Origin: Iphione sp. A-MEVVRFRX5
Lineage: Eukaryota
NCBI GenBank assembly: GCA_976226885.1
Contig: OZ320314.1
Span: 36,270,001-36,334,000, forward strand
DNA length: 64,000 nt
Reading direction: 5' to 3'
In this document: one piece after another, positions 12,376-27,000 of the stretch
Layout of the letters: each line of letters begins with the position of its first letter
How positions within the stretch are numbered: the stretch's first letter is position 1
Notes under the pieces: generated by a model
What the model was told of the DNA's origin: nothing
Seen by the model: only the letters and a program-made list of their open reading frames with translations
The model's database searches: none
Position numbers and translations under genes: made by a program

Positions 12376-15300
12376 AGGAAGTCGGACCACGGTAGGGTAC
12401 GTAGGCAGCCTGTTTCAAGAGAGAGAAAGGGCTGCTATGACATTGTCCTTCCCAGGTCAATCGCACTCGTGTACCTCACGTACCGGCGGCACTTGGCAAT
12501 GAGGTCATGGTCAGTGCATTCACACCGGAGGATGCTACACTCTTTCACGCTTGAGTGCCTACAAGTGCAGCCGGCACGCCGCGCCATCAAAGGGGCGGAG
12601 CAGGCGCCGGCAACGCTCAGTTATTATGTTAGCTGCACTGGTGCCAAGCTATATCGGGGCGACGCGCCGGAAGCGTCGGCGTCGGCGGGAGCCATAAGGC
12701 AGCAACCCCGAAAAGGTTTAATTCCATCAATGGCACCATAAAGGTGTACTCATCGATACAGGCATTGAGTTGGCAAACGGCATTCGCACCGAAATTCTGG
12801 GCGGAATGACGTCGCAGACATACCCACTTCAGCTGCCGTCAAATGCATACACACGGGCTGACACTGCCTCAGCTACGGTCGCCACCAAGCCCTATGGCTG
12901 TTGGCATCGTTAACAAAAGCGTCCTCGCTCTGGACTCCGACATTTGCTACAACGTTGCCAATTGCAGACACCAGTCACTCTCTAGAACATCAAAAAAACT
13001 TCATCCAGTTCACTCTATATATGGAATGTGGAACACTGACATTTACTGTTATGCTCTTTTGTGCTTACATTCTGGATGCCAGTAGAAATTCATAAACGCG
13101 CGCACTGTTATAACATGTATAAAGGCAATGAAATGCTATTCCGTATATTTCGATCTGACAGGAACCTGACATTCAAACATTGAAGTACACTGTTTATAAA
13201 AAAATAAATGAAAATTTCAAAAGTGATATGTTCACAGTTGCCCCCCTGTCGTCCTAGGCCAACGTGTACGTCAGGTTCTTGGCGGCGCCCTTTCCAGAAG
13301 AGTGACAGCCCTAGTGCATAGCGTCCGCCGGCTAATCAACCATCAGAGGAGTAGCCTACATGAATCGCCTCCGCATCATTGCATCTCTGCGTGGATGGAC
13401 TATTTTATCTCCGGAGCAGACTGCCGAAGGAGGCATAGCGTGCACGACCACCCTTTCCAGTGCAAGGTCTACTTCCGATGGGCTGTTGTTAATACAGAAC
13501 CCGCCCGTCGTTTTCATTCTTTCTCGACCAAAGTTCTCATCAGAGTTTTTTTTGGGTCCTCTTTTATCTTGTTTGCTTGGCGGTCGAGACCTTGGTAGTT
13601 GAGGCATTAAACGTTTGAAAGCCATCGCAGCCTCAGGCAATGCTCTTTCTGCGTGCACCGTAGAGGGATAAGTCGGAGCCGGCGGTTCTGTATCGTCTCG
13701 TAGAGCAACTTTATGGTATGGAGGAGAACAATACCGCGGCTTAAAGGTCTTATGAATCTATATAACCACCTTTGATGTTCAAAAGCTAAAGAAAGTACCA
13801 CACACTGATCAAAATAAGAAATACGGGTGTATCGAATAATGTATTGTTGCAATTCGAATATTTCAAAATCGCAAGTTTTCCTCACTTGATCATATGACGT
13901 TGTATAGTTGTATAGAATGCAGCAGGCTCGCCAGAGAGAGCCCCTCTATTAAAGAATACAAATATCTACTCAGAGTTTTATGCGCAGGGACAATACCGTT
14001 TCCCATGCACAGATTCATCCTACATGTATATTTAAGTGGAAATTATTCCTTTGAAATTCACTCGATTCTAACGTGTATATCTTTACAAAAGGAAAGCTTA
14101 TTTGAATAAAAGTACACTCTCGGAATATTCATTTAGAAATATCAACTGCAGACCCTGTTATTTCAGACTCGAAATCATTCATTTGATATTTACACGGATT
14201 TACCAGTTCATAACACTCGAAAGGAAGCCTAATTGGAATGACAGATACTCTCCTAGTTTTACTCTCCTGTCTTATAGAGAGGTATCGAGTCGTTCTTTTC
14301 ATTACATAATGCTTTCACACAACAAGCGTCCTTTCGCCAGGAAAATGTTGCTATACTGTAACATTCTCGGCGCCACTGCATTTGCTGCAGGCCTCTGTGT
14401 CTCTGATGTAATTGTGTTTACAGCCACATGTACTTAGATGTTTCATGATGCAGTTATGTACAGATAAAACAGATAAAGTTAAAAGGAGGAAATTAGTATA
14501 GGTGATCACCAAAGTAGCCATTTAATAAAGAAAATGTACATCAAAGCCGTAAGCGTATGGCGACGAGAGATTTCGAAAAACCTGTTACACACAGCAAAAT
14601 TTGTGTATATTCTCATTTTCGAAACCACCACGTATATGTACATTATCAAGGGCACCGTTATAAGAGTGGCAATGTTTCGGTTTGGAAATGAATGTTTCAC
14701 TAAAATTGAAATTGCGGAAGTCCTTTCAATGAACTGCTTACAGTACAGTAGGTATTAGAAACTCCCTGTCGATATCGACCTTGTGTTTTCGTCTTAGGCA
14801 TAAGATAATCTATACATTGAGTCATTGATACGTTAGACTAGAGGAGAGTGCGAACTGTGGTACCTTGATTAACCTATGAATAATAACTTTTAGTATTTGT
14901 ATAAATGGTACATTGCTCTAAACCATTAAATGATTCAAAGGCAAGTGTGACAGGAAAGCAGTTATAATAAACCTATTTAATGTACATATATACATTGTCG
15001 TCCGTCTGCCTATGCAAGCTTGGATTCTCATTTTTGTGATCTGCCATTATAGATTACCATTTACATTATTTCAATCTTTAAAACTATTCCCTACATGTCA
15101 GGTTTTGTCATGGGATGAGTTTTTACGAATCAGTTTTTTTCAATCAGGAAACGGATGAACCTATTGCAACTGATATAGTTGGTTACACAAGAATTACTTC
15201 TTGTGTGTATTAAACACGTATGTAATCAGTAGGGAAAGTACATGTAGTAGCGCATGCTTCACCATTGAAAATGCGTGTTTTATCACGTTCAAGTAAGACG

Positions 15301-18300
15301 ACTGTACCACATAGAAACCTTTCAATAAAGACAAGTCTTGTCTTCCTATGGTTTTAATATCACGTCAGCGTATGACAGTTAGCCAGCGACAAACAACAGA
15401 CATTACTTATGAAGTCAGTCTTCTCGGAAATCTAGTGCACCATATTGTTTTGGTAGCATAGACATTTACTTCCTTTATTTTAAAGGACGGAGTGCACCTT
15501 TGTCGTTTAGTCGATCTAATACAACATAAACATCAACTGTTCTCCCATGAACGGGTCTACACAAGCCAGGCATCAGTTGAAGGCATTACTCGGCTTCGTG
15601 TACCTTTTTCCCCAAGACTCCAAAGAAGGTCTAATGCATTGAAAATGGCGCAACATCTTAGTTAACGTATTGGCTCAAGTTCCTTTCACCATGTTAGCAA
15701 ATGCTGAGTTCAGACAAACTACATTTAGTCCTTTATTCTAACTACTTCCACGTTCCATAAGCTGGATGAAAAGGTCAGATAACATAATACATCGTGGTGG
15801 CTCGTAGAAAATTTTATGTAGAGTGGACCATTATACATTACGGTGAAACGGTCACTGTGATCCAAACACACATTCCCAGGAAGATTCAGATCAGTCTTCT
15901 ATCGTATAGAGCAACATATTCGTGTCAAACTGCAGTCTGCTTTAAAATGGGAATGTGCTCAATCGAATAACAATGGTTCACTAGGTGAAGTTTGCGTTCA
16001 TTCAACATTATGGGGGAAAAAATTTTGATGTACCTTGTATGCATAGTGAAGATTAATCCGTGTGCAGAACCATGTGTAGACAAATGAATAGTAATGTTTG
16101 TGTTGTGAAAATCACTTCACCTCTGGCTTCTTTAGATTTCAATTCTCTTGGCTCCCAAGATACACTGAAATGTGTCCGCTAGTAGGGTAGTGAGCAGCGT
16201 AAACAGTCTCCAATGTAAACTGAAAGTCTTTCTCTCGAAGCCCCCCTAATGAACAATGAACAGTAAGAGACCCGATCCTCTGGCGAAAGAATTCCGTTCT
16301 ATACAAATGGAAAACGACATAGTATGTAGAGCTTGTTTTTATAAATCTTTGAAACACGTCTTTCCCAGATGGTCAATCTCGTCATCACAATGCGCCCTAG
16401 GCAGCCTTCTGTAAAGCCTAGTCAAACAACAAGCGTTTCATGTCAAGGAAAGTATACTCGCGTGAAGGCCATTCCAGGCGGAGACATTGATTGGAAGCTA
16501 ATTAATGATATTAGCAGTTCATGTGCACTATTTGTAGTCGTATGGGATCAAGTTATATATCTGAGTCAGAGGGTTTATTATTCGCACCATTTTCCTCTAA
16601 AAAATTGAAATAACATGCAGCTTACAATGGTTTCGTAATGGGAATAAATACTAATAACAATTCGCCATATATTCACAGCAAACATGGACCTGCGTACACG
16701 TACTTCAGGGACAAAAAAGTGATGTTTTCCGACTGAAATAAAAGGGTTTTTGATCAAGAGATCGCCCTTGCTATTGAATGAACAATAGTGATACCTCTGC
16801 ATCGACTGATGTCTGTTGCAGGCACTGCAGCGAAGTTGGCATCAATATTTGATGTCAAACAAACCCGGTTTTAATTGTATTATTAGCGAAAGCTCGTGCG
16901 AACGTGAAAACGTGTTCGCCGTTTACACAGGCGCTGAAGAATGAAACACTTCCTGACAGCGTCCAATCAAAATAATGGTAATCTTCGTCTATCATTGGCG
17001 CCGACTTTACTTTGAAGGTGGAAGACAGGGTTGAACTCCTCTCCATAGATCAAAGCGTGTTTTTCAAAGAGACGGTGCCAGAAGCATTGGAGGCCTATGC
17101 AGTAGAATAGCAATACAATATATCTGATTGGATTCACATAGGCAACTGGTTGTGCAAGATCCTGCCATTCAGTTGAGAGCCTATCGGCTAAAGAGAACCA
17201 AGCACTAACGCATTTATATCCATCTTTCCGCATGTTGGTGCTGTTTGGATGGGTTAGAATTACAATAGATATATTCACAAGCACTGCGACATATATCTCT
17301 TCCTTATAGCCTCGTGCGACAGGGGAGACCTCTTCACGGGCAGGTCATTCATATCAAACTATGTCTCTTTAATATGATTATCGACACCATTTCTAACGTT
17401 ACAGTGGTTTCTCGCGTTGACTGCCTCATGAATACTAACGCAATCCCGCGTGCAATCGCTCGCAAGTCCGATCCTCGGCATAGGAAACTACAATCACGGC
17501 GGGAAAAAAAGAAAGCGGAGACGCGGCCGTTTGATTAGAGTTCGCTACAAGCAGATTTGCCTGTCTATTTGATAAGTCGCTTGAGGTATTCATCAAGGGA
17601 GGCGGGCCAAGTCTGTGAGGAGAGTGATTGGGAGCTTGGTAGTGGCGGTTCCAGTTACACGCCGCCACTGACGCTAAGCTTTGGCCTCCATGACGATATC
17701 ACTGCCTTTTATATTGCTTTAACTTTCTTTGCATACGCAACGGACAGATAGAGATGAACAAGGAAGCAACATCTAGCGCAGCGGGAATGGGTGTGTCACT
17801 CTATCCTCGCTTTTTGCTTATTACTTTGATTTCTTTATGCTTAATGCTTTGATTTCTGTGTCGCCTTTTGCAAATGCTTTATTCAGATATGTCAAAAGAC
17901 GGATTCAAAGAAGACAGGAGAGAAAAGAATTTGAGTCGCCTTGCTCTCGGGAATTCTTTCTCACGCAAATACGGACACGTGAGTGCTGTAGTCTAGAAGT
18001 ATGCAATTGGCACCACACGGGCTTTAAGATGGTAAGTACTTAATACATGGAAAACCGAACAAGGAATCCTTCATATAGCGCCTTTGATGCACGACACATC
18101 ATCCGTCAGATGCCAAGAGGGGCGGATTAGTTTCCCTATGAAGCACTGGCTGAACTAATTAATTTCTGTCGGGAAGCTTTAATGATTTGTATTAAATATG
18201 ACATTCAAGGGATTGTTTTGAATCAAATCCTGAAAATGAATCTCGCCGCCTACTTTGCGTACGAAGTTATTTTAAAACGAAACAGTAGTTTTACGTCTTT

Positions 18301-19529
18301 TCCGACCATTCTGATTTGCTTGGTCGCCAAAAAGTCATAACTGCAGAAGGGCAAAATACTCATTCCCAGAGGCGGTATTCTCAGACACTGGGAAACACGC
18401 TAATGCGAGGTCTCTTTTTTTAATGGGCCAGATTAAGTGCAAATGGACGGATTCAAATTTGCGGTGGATATGTATTGTCTGTGTACATTAATACTTCTTC
18501 CGAATGGTTTGAGGTCTCACCATGTTTAAAAACCCGGGACCAGGCGTGAGAATATGGTGCCCTTTACTATAAACTGATATCCCATCTGTCCATTACCTTC
18601 CTCCATAGAGGTATTAAGTTTGGATTATTCCTTAATTGTATAGACCTCCAACGCATCTTAATTGGCTGCCGAAGTTTCATCTTGGAAACCGATCTTCATT
18701 GAAAATTGCACTTCATTATTCTTACACCCTATCTTTGTGATTTCGGTCATGACACTGCGTTTCAGAACCAATGAAAATGGTGACATTAAATCTGTTGAGC
18801 ACATTCAAACGTAGAAATCTACCCCTTTTGTATTAAAAATAGTCCCTGAGCTCTACTGATCATGATTTCTGTCTCCAAAGCAGGCGTCCCCGGCAACATC
18901 TCTTTTGTACCAGGCATTGAAGGGGTTTCACTGGCTCTTTAAAGGAAACAACATTAATTTGATTTCGATAATTGATTATTCAAGAAAAATCTTTGTAATC
19001 TTTTTTTCACAACGTTCTCAAATTTCATCAAGGAGTCGCCCCCAAAATTGGCCGATCCGTTGGCAAGTTTTATCTGGAGTATTTATCATATATTGATGTA
19101 CTTATTGATAGAATGTTCTTTTTCTATATTTATCGTCCTGATATTTTCGAATTCTTTCCGTAATATCCACGCACGACCTCTCAATTAGTCTGTCATTTTG
19201 AAAGAACATTGTTTGCACAGATCGGAACCGCTGTGATTGGTCACTTCATTATGTATGTAGATTATGAATAATTATGATTTCCCGGAACTTTCGTTACCTC
19301 CTACCGCCCTCGTACTTCCAATTTTCCCGCTACCTTCACCTTGACACCTTACCGGAAACTAAGGACATGCATGACTTGACTGATTGCTCGGCTTGTTGAT
19401 CCGCTGGAAACAGCTTTATTCTTTTCAGAAAGGGAACCAATTAAGGTCCTGCCTCCTTTTAAATGCTATCTCTCGGGGAGTGCACCGTCAGCTTGTTTAA
19501 ATTGCATGAACTTTAGGATCCCAATTAAA

Positions 19530-19850
19530 ATTCTCACGTCGCTGACATTTGGGCAGTTTACGGTATGTTTATGACTTTGAAAAAAGGGTGGGGGAGGGAA
19601 TCCAGTCGATGAGAAGAATTCTTTGTCTTTGGCATTAGTTCCGCAATTCCTTCTCTATGTGAATATTCTCACGCAGCTGACATTTGGGCATTTTATAGTA
19701 TATTTATGACTTTGAAAGAAGAGTTGTAGGGGGGGCGGGTTGGTCTGTGAAAAGAAGTTTTCCTCTTTGGCATTAGTTAGGCAATTCCTTCGCTCTCCGC
19801 ATATTCCTACTTACACAGGCAAACTGCCAACATTGGTCGTTATATAGTCA
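19530..19850. repeat. Diverged ~135-bp tandem repeat (2 copies plus a partial third)
   Basis: attctcacg..gctgacatttgggca..tttatgactttgaaa..tctttggcattagtt..gcaattcctt recurs at 19530 and 19665, with a degenerate start near 19803. Confidence 0.85.
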
Positions 19851-20490
19851 ACATGCAGTCAATTGTCGTGCGTGCCAATCAGAAGCGGCCACTGCCGGTG
19901 ATTAATACGGTCAGTCGATTGAGCTGGACAGAAATGGTCGGCGTTCTCGAGGCGCACCGAGTTGACGGAGCGACGTTTGGGCCGTGTAAATCCGCCAACC
20001 TGCCGGCCGTCGTTGACTCTAACAACCGACGTAACGATGTCAGCTGGCCACGCCGGGCCGCACGCCGCGCCTGACGTCGGCGCGCCGAGCGCAGGCCCCG
20101 CTAAAAGGTCTCGCGGCCTTTAGGCCGATTGACCGCCCGTCCGCGACACTAATAGATCCGCGGCAAATGAAAGTTGACAAATGCCATCATGAGCGGCGGT
20201 CCGACCAGATGCCGCGGATTTACCGCAAACTGGATTCAATTTTCACCTCCGGCGGCAGGCATTTTCCCCGCATGGACGTGTTAGATCGGCCAGCCACCGC
20301 CGGTCGACCGGGCGGGCGGGAGGGGTTGTTAAGATCCAAGGTCAGACTAGGACCGATCCTGGTCGCACAGGGTGACGTTAGAGCTAGCCTGGCCCGGACG
20401 TAGGGCAAACGGTCGATTCGCCTCTCGTCGCCCGCTAAGATGTCGTCACGCGAGTCATCATCGGGGGAGTGGGCCGACACTAGCGAATGT
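19850..20490. promoter_or_regulatory. CpG-rich island, candidate promoter
   Basis: Visibly GC- and CpG-dense against an AT-rich background. Contains CCAAT (gccaatcag, ~19872) and a CRE-like tgacgtc (~20072). The associated gene was not identified. Confidence 0.45.
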
Positions 20491-21804
20491 ATAGCTTTTT
20501 GAGGTGACCTTGTGACCCTGATTCCTAGCGTTCATGCGACAAGAGCTCGTCAGAGTTGGTGTATATCGTACAACATTCCTCTGACAGCGGGTCACAAGCT
20601 AACACGATGTGTTAGTCATGACCATGTGGAAGACATGTACCCTTTACCATAGCTTTCGTAGTTTACTATAAGGCTCAGGAAGTTAGCAGAAACAGGCATA
20701 ATTTTTCCTTGATGATCTGGTTAACAATTCGCGTATGCCGCATTTATCGGACTTCTCGTCAGTAGTATACGGAGTTGTTACATTTACAACGGCGATTATA
20801 GTTCCGTTGAAGTAAACAAAACTGTAATTTCACGACATTACGAGTTGGAATTATTATTGAGCGGTTAATCAAATTTGTCATTTAGAATACGCAAGCATGC
20901 TAGGCATTCAACACAAAAGAACATGCTGCCATAAATCACGCTTTAATGGAAAATATTGACCGATATTTCACCGTTAAGTATTTTATGTAATAAAAAAGAT
21001 AACGAATGGGAAAGCAGGACGATATTTTTGAAAATCAAGTTAGCCGGCTAGTACGAGAACCTACATCTGGGAGAATCAGCACGTCAAGCGTATACATCAT
21101 CCGTGTTGATGGTTATGATTAGATCAGTTTCAGCCAACTATAAACCGTGTAATTTATGACCCTATTACAAGCAACTGATTACGACTACGTCAAAGTGAGA
21201 CGTGACAGTTATGAGCCCTTTCTTAAGTATGAAAAATATGGGTAATCAAAGATCGCACGTTGTCAGGAGACACGGCGTCTGGAGACCATGTGTTTTTTTT
21301 TCCTTCGGCAGTCATTGCCTATTCTTTTAGAGATTACGTGTGATGAATATATCATATGATATATAAAATGGTATTAAATAGGTGCCTAATATTACCTGTT
21401 CCTTCCACGTCATTGATTCCTATTTCAACCTGCTTCCGCTTCCTCAAATAAATGCATTTCTGTTTGTACTAAAGCGTAAAATAATATGTGTTTGTGGTAA
21501 CATGCTCCCAAAATACAGGGCAGTGATTAGGTGGAGTTTTTAATTATTTTTTCAAATGCAAATTAGTACTGAAGCGGTGTGTGGTAGTATCTCTTCTGCT
21601 ACTTGGATTCTAACGACCCAAGTATCATATGCAAGATAGGGTTACAAGGATCATGTTGGTGTATTGCACGTCTCGATCTCTATCATTATTCATTGTTTAA
21701 ATATGTACAAAACAAAAATGAAATAAAATTTTGTAGTGGTACCAAAATCAGGGTCTGTCAGATTACCGGAAACAGAAATTTTTGGCTAAGCCTTATCTAT
21801 TCTC

Positions 21805-21850
21805 ATCTGTCTATCTGTCTGCCTGCCCGTCTATCTGACTGTCTGTCTCT
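21805..21850. repeat. Imperfect (TCTG/TCTA)n tetranucleotide microsatellite
   Basis: atctgtctatctgtctgcctgcccgtctatctgactgtctgtctct read directly. Confidence 0.75.
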
Positions 21851-23867
21851 TTCTATATATAGGTATATGTCACAAATAACACAAGGGAATGGGAGTATGA
21901 ACAAACCTGTACTGATTAAATACAATTTTTAAATCATACACAGGTGTCATTATGGAATGATCATGTGTAAATGGTTACTTGGGTATACAATGGTCAGTTT
22001 TCGATGGGTATTTTCATACCATAAATCCATATGACCCTTATATTACTATATATGTTATAGACAATACATGGGAATGGGTAATATGAACACCACCGATACA
22101 CAGTTAGAAAAGAGAACAAGTTTCAGAAAATCAGAAATTATTGAATTTTCTATGTATATATTGCCGTACGAATATAGCCTCGCAATTCCCTCTGGCTTTA
22201 GCCATAGGCAAATCAACTTCATTCCTAGATGGAAATTCACAACTACCTCTTCTGAAGGAATGTGAAGCAATTCTACCATTAATTTCTAAAAAAATATTTT
22301 AAAGTCTCCGCATAAAACTTCAGTACATACAATCTCTTTTTAAAATTAAACTTTCAGTATGACAACATTTTGTTTTCCCAATCTTCAACTATGTCAGAAT
22401 TGAGTTCGACATATTTACAATAACAGATTGGAATTGAAAAATAAACGAAAATGTCTAAACTCAACTTAGCTTACGCGATATGACGAAGCAAAGGATTTCA
22501 AAGGAAGGCGTCTCAATGTCAAAATACATGCTAGGTAAAGTTTAAGATTTAGATGGAGTTGGTCAAAAATCTCCCGCATAACCAGATGATTGGAGGCATA
22601 CACTTGAATATATCATATACCTGAATAGGAAAACTATCATTTGTACGCTTCAAACCTGCATGAACCTGACAACCACCACGCTTTTGATATCAGGGGCATT
22701 ACACTATTATATATTCCACCAATAAATTAGGCCAGAAAGGTCATTCTTATGGAATTGTAACACACACACCTACCTCAAAAGACAGGATACGAACCAGACT
22801 GATAATCAGAGGAAGCATTTACAAAAGCCCTTATATCTCTTTAGGTGCATCCCCTCCTGATTTCTCTTTTAACACTCTTGCTTCCTCTAGCTCACTAGTT
22901 TTACCTGTAAATAGAAGTATTGCGCTGGTACAATAGGCTGTTTCAAACCATTCTAGATCAATAAGCGTATATAATTTTTATCATCAAATAATCTTGATAC
23001 GCAGCAGCAATACTGTTATCATGAGTGCAAATATATTCTTCTTTAAATGAATAGTCATGAAGACACATCAAAAATCCTCATGTAATCACCTCGTTTAATA
23101 TTTGTTTTGCCTTCTGCTGGTCTGTTACATGGACATAACAGCTGTATTGTCCACTCTCAAAAGAATCATTTTATCTTTCAATACACTACTCCTTGTCTTG
23201 AAGAGTACAACAACTGGCCATCTTCTTACAATTCTGATAGATGATGACAGTGTCAGTTTGCTTCATCAAATGATTTGTTGGCCTTCTTCCTACTTTCTCC
23301 TCTGCTTAGCCAGGTCAACAGTGGCATTCAGCCTCAGACAACGATGAACAATAAGATTGCAAATGTCCTTATCAAATGAGATTAAAGACTCCTTCTTACA
23401 CATTTTGTTGATAGCCTGGCCATTACAAAGTTGATATAATTGATGTAACGTGAAACATCACTGCCTTTAAAATTACCTTTCAGCAGGCCCACAGAACCAG
23501 CCATCAAGTCTTCAAAAATCTTAATAGAACTGCATTCAATATTGTAGTAGTTTGATCTGAACCTTGAATATTGTGGTTTTTCCATACAGAAGAGCATCCC
23601 CTCACAGACACGTTGACAATGTGGGCGTGTCCCGAATGTGGATGATTTCGAGTAGAACTGACTTCGTACTTATACATAACCATTATAAACAGACATCTCT
23701 ATTGAGGATAGCTAATTTTACAGAGTGTCCCCCTACGGACACTTCCCGGACCCATATCACCCATGTGCAAAATGGGTGTCATGAAAATTTGGGTAGGATT
23801 TCAAGTCTCTGAGGTAAAATTAGGACAAGCACACACTCATATAAGACCTCAGACTCTCACAGGTTTG

Positions 23868-24084
23868 GGACTCTTTCTCATTAAATTCAGCACAGTTAGG
23901 ACTTTCATTCATCAAATACAGCACTTTAAGGACTCTTACTCATTAAATGTTGCACTTTTAGAACTTTTATTCATCAAATTCAGCAATTTTAGGACTTTTA
24001 CTTGTCAAATTCTCCATTTTTATGACTCTTACTCATCAAATTCAGCACTTTTGGGACTCTTACTTTTTAAATTTAGCATTTTGA
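23868..24084. repeat. 31-bp minisatellite, 7 diverged copies
   Basis: Consensus ggactcttactcatcaaattcagcactttta; units start at 23868, 23899, 23930, 23961, 23992, 24023 and 24054 (exact 31-bp period). Confidence 0.92.
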
Positions 24085-27000
24085 ATAGTTTTACTCGTAC
24101 ACATCTCATGTACTACCAAGTGATCTATATTTCGGCCGCATCTGAAATGTGGGCAAGTTTGGAAAGAACCAAATTTCCTGACTCCCGACATGAAAAGGTG
24201 AGGCTCAGTGCAATTTGCAGATATTCCCATTCAAGCTGGAACGAGGCCCTTAAGAGGTGTTCATCATTGCTAAATTTAGAAGAATCTTGTTTAACAAAGG
24301 CTAACTTTAGAGCCAGACTTTGTATATAAAGGACTGTATTTCCTGAATAAAATATAGTTTTTCAGTGCACTTGAAGAGAGCAACACTGAATGCAGAACTC
24401 ATGTGGACATTCTTTATTTCTCAAGCCAGCACTCATCCAAGACCAAAGTACACATTACAATATATTTTGAAATTAAGAACGTAGTCCAGTCTTTTTCCGT
24501 GAGACTACTCATCTGAATCACTGGAATTTTAATTCTCCTCAGGGCTTGAGTCATTGTCAGCAACCCACTCTTCCTCTTGAATTATTTTCGAGCTGCTCAT
24601 CATCAGGGCTGCCAATATCGTCTTGATCTTCTGAAACGTTTTGTCCACAGTTTTTCTTCTTGATTTTCACAAAATCCTTCATTAATTGAATCACGAGGAA
24701 TTTTTGTCCAAGGTGAACATGTTTACAAGGACACTTCTTACAATGCATGGAGGTAGAATTTACAATACAAAGTATTAGTATAGAATGATGACATGTAAAT
24801 GTTCATTCCTCGTTCTTTTTCAGTTTCCATTGTTATCTCATCTCCCCATACTCATCTTATTCACTGTCTGCTTCGTGTTTGGCCGGGACACTTATCCAAG
24901 TCTTGTTTCCATGCACTCTCTCATCGCTCTCCACCAGATGACTTTGTCAGCGAGTAAACTATATTCAACAGGCAGGACCCAACCTTCAATCTGTGCATAC
25001 ACGGGAGAGTGATACAGAGTGAGAAGATAAAGACCTTATCAGTCCTGCAATTGTTACCGAGCAGGAGGAAGGGAATCTTATTACTGACCACTACTACAAC
25101 CTCGGGTCGCAGTGAGGCTGAGCAGCAGGAATTGCGTCTGTCACTCGCTCTTGCGAACACTGCAAAGCAAATTTATTTTGTATGTCCTTTTTTTGTTGAA
25201 AGGACGGAACGAGGATTTCACTGAATCCATATTCGTTTCGCATCATTAGCGGATTGCAACAGCCAATCAAATGTATTTTTGAATAATGGCCACCTTTGAT
25301 ACTCCTAGTACGTGCGGATGGTGGCCTTTCTTTGTTGATATGTTCGGGGAGAACGGTCTACGACAGCGATGACATATAAAGAAGATTGAAGGTGAAAAAT
25401 AGAAATGTGTCTAAAATAGTTGAGCGGATGCTATCAGAGAGGATCAATATGTGCTCAATGAAATAAATGTCTGGCGTGGACGTGCGGTCTATTTCTAGTT
25501 GCCCCCTCGTCCTTCCGTTTATTCCGGAGACGTAAATCAATGGTAGCCTCCACAGGCGTGCTTTCTCTCCTGCAGAGAAGTTGTCCATTGGCCATGCAGT
25601 GTGTTATCGCATGGCTGCCCTTCCTTGAAGGAGATGTATTTATAGCCATGTCTCCTTTCGAAGCTGAGGTCTTATACCTGTTCATGTAGGTACATATATA
25701 TGTGTGTATCTGTTACTGTGACGGCAATCATTGTCTGGCCCTCTCTACCGTTGCCTGTGTGCACTTGAAATAAGACGATCCTAACTAAAGATCACTTGCC
25801 TTATCTGATGTTGTGTTACATTTACCTTTGAAACTGGCATCCCCGTGGTGAAAGGAAACTTCTTAACATAGCAAGATGGCGCAACAGATTCATTTCAGTA
25901 CAGCAGCAACATTATTTCGTTATATGGTCGGAGGCGAGGACAATTACGATGAACTCAAATACATGAATGTATGTACGTATCAATTCGTTTCTTTCTTTAT
26001 ATTTCGCCTGAGTATGCCCTTACATTTTCATGCTTTAATTTTGTCTTGCCCTGAATACTCACCCACAGAAAAATGGATGAATCTTTCACATTATCAATGT
26101 GTATGAAACAAATCAAACTCTATGTTTGATCTGAGTGGAATAAAATTCGATAGCTGGTGAAGGATTTGAATAACTACTGTTATGTAGTTTGGAAGATTTT
26201 TGCTTTTGTTAGAAGGGTTATTAACCGGATTATATAGATATATACAAGTTACAGGCGTTTACCATCAGTGGGTTTCAATTAGAAACCTCGAAGACACATG
26301 ATGAAGTCATCTGTACAAGTTGACGCTGCTGTGACAAATCATGCTGCATCGACTAGAATCCATATGCATTGACTCTAAGGTGCGTCGCTCGTAAATTTGA
26401 GCTCTGTTGCGGTACACAGTGCAATCAGGAAAAGTCTATCCCTCATTGTCCTTGTTATAAAAAAAAATCATTGCGTCCAACCACAATGGATGTCCTCGGT
26501 GAACCACTGCATCGGTGCGTCGAAGAAGGCAGTCCTAATGCGTTTATCTTGTATGGGGAATGACTTGAAGCAATGGGGGAAATATTTTGTTCATCATAAG
26601 GCACACGCTTACTTATAGCCTTTGTATGTGTGCCAGGAGTAACTGTCTGTTATGGGCTCCTCCGAGATAAGTCTTCATCCACAGATGGAACATCCACACA
26701 TTAGAGCGCCAGATACTTCTTAATGGTATTCTTGGCCGACCGCCAGCAACTCTCCGTTCGATCCCCGTCGAGAGAACATGACGCATTCCAGTGACAGCAA
26801 GTGACTTTTTAAAATCATAAAGGAATCTCTAATGCTAGTGATCAACCTTCTTGATGGTAGTATGACGGACTTCATGTCAATATTCATGTGTAAAATATCG
26901 CCATTTATCAAAAGCGAAACTAAGCTTATAATTTGCAGGAAATTGCTTACATGAATAAGCCTCAACAATCTAATGATGAACGAATGTCTGAAACAAACAT

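Noticed and set aside
13530-13550. Hammerhead ribozyme cores (CTGATGA here on the minus strand, also ~11140, ~36627, ~39910)
   Set aside because: None has a stem II closed by the required GAAA with compatible stems I and III.
11920-13885. Cluster of 60-150 aa ORFs in the GC-rich block
   Set aside because: They overlap on both strands, as expected from low stop-codon density in GC-rich DNA. I recognised no domain, so no CDS was called, though a real exon (e.g. 13356-13755 minus) is not excluded.
16985-17110. Rab-like IIGADFTLK (plus strand), and KIWDTA at ~36110 (minus strand)
   Set aside because: These are isolated short matches on opposite strands, bounded by stops, with no other GTPase motifs.
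23868-24084. CRISPR-like array, or 188-aa ORF 23763-24329 as a repeat protein
   Set aside because: The units are contiguous with no spacers, and the context is eukaryotic. The 31-bp period is not a multiple of 3, so the ORF is probably incidental.
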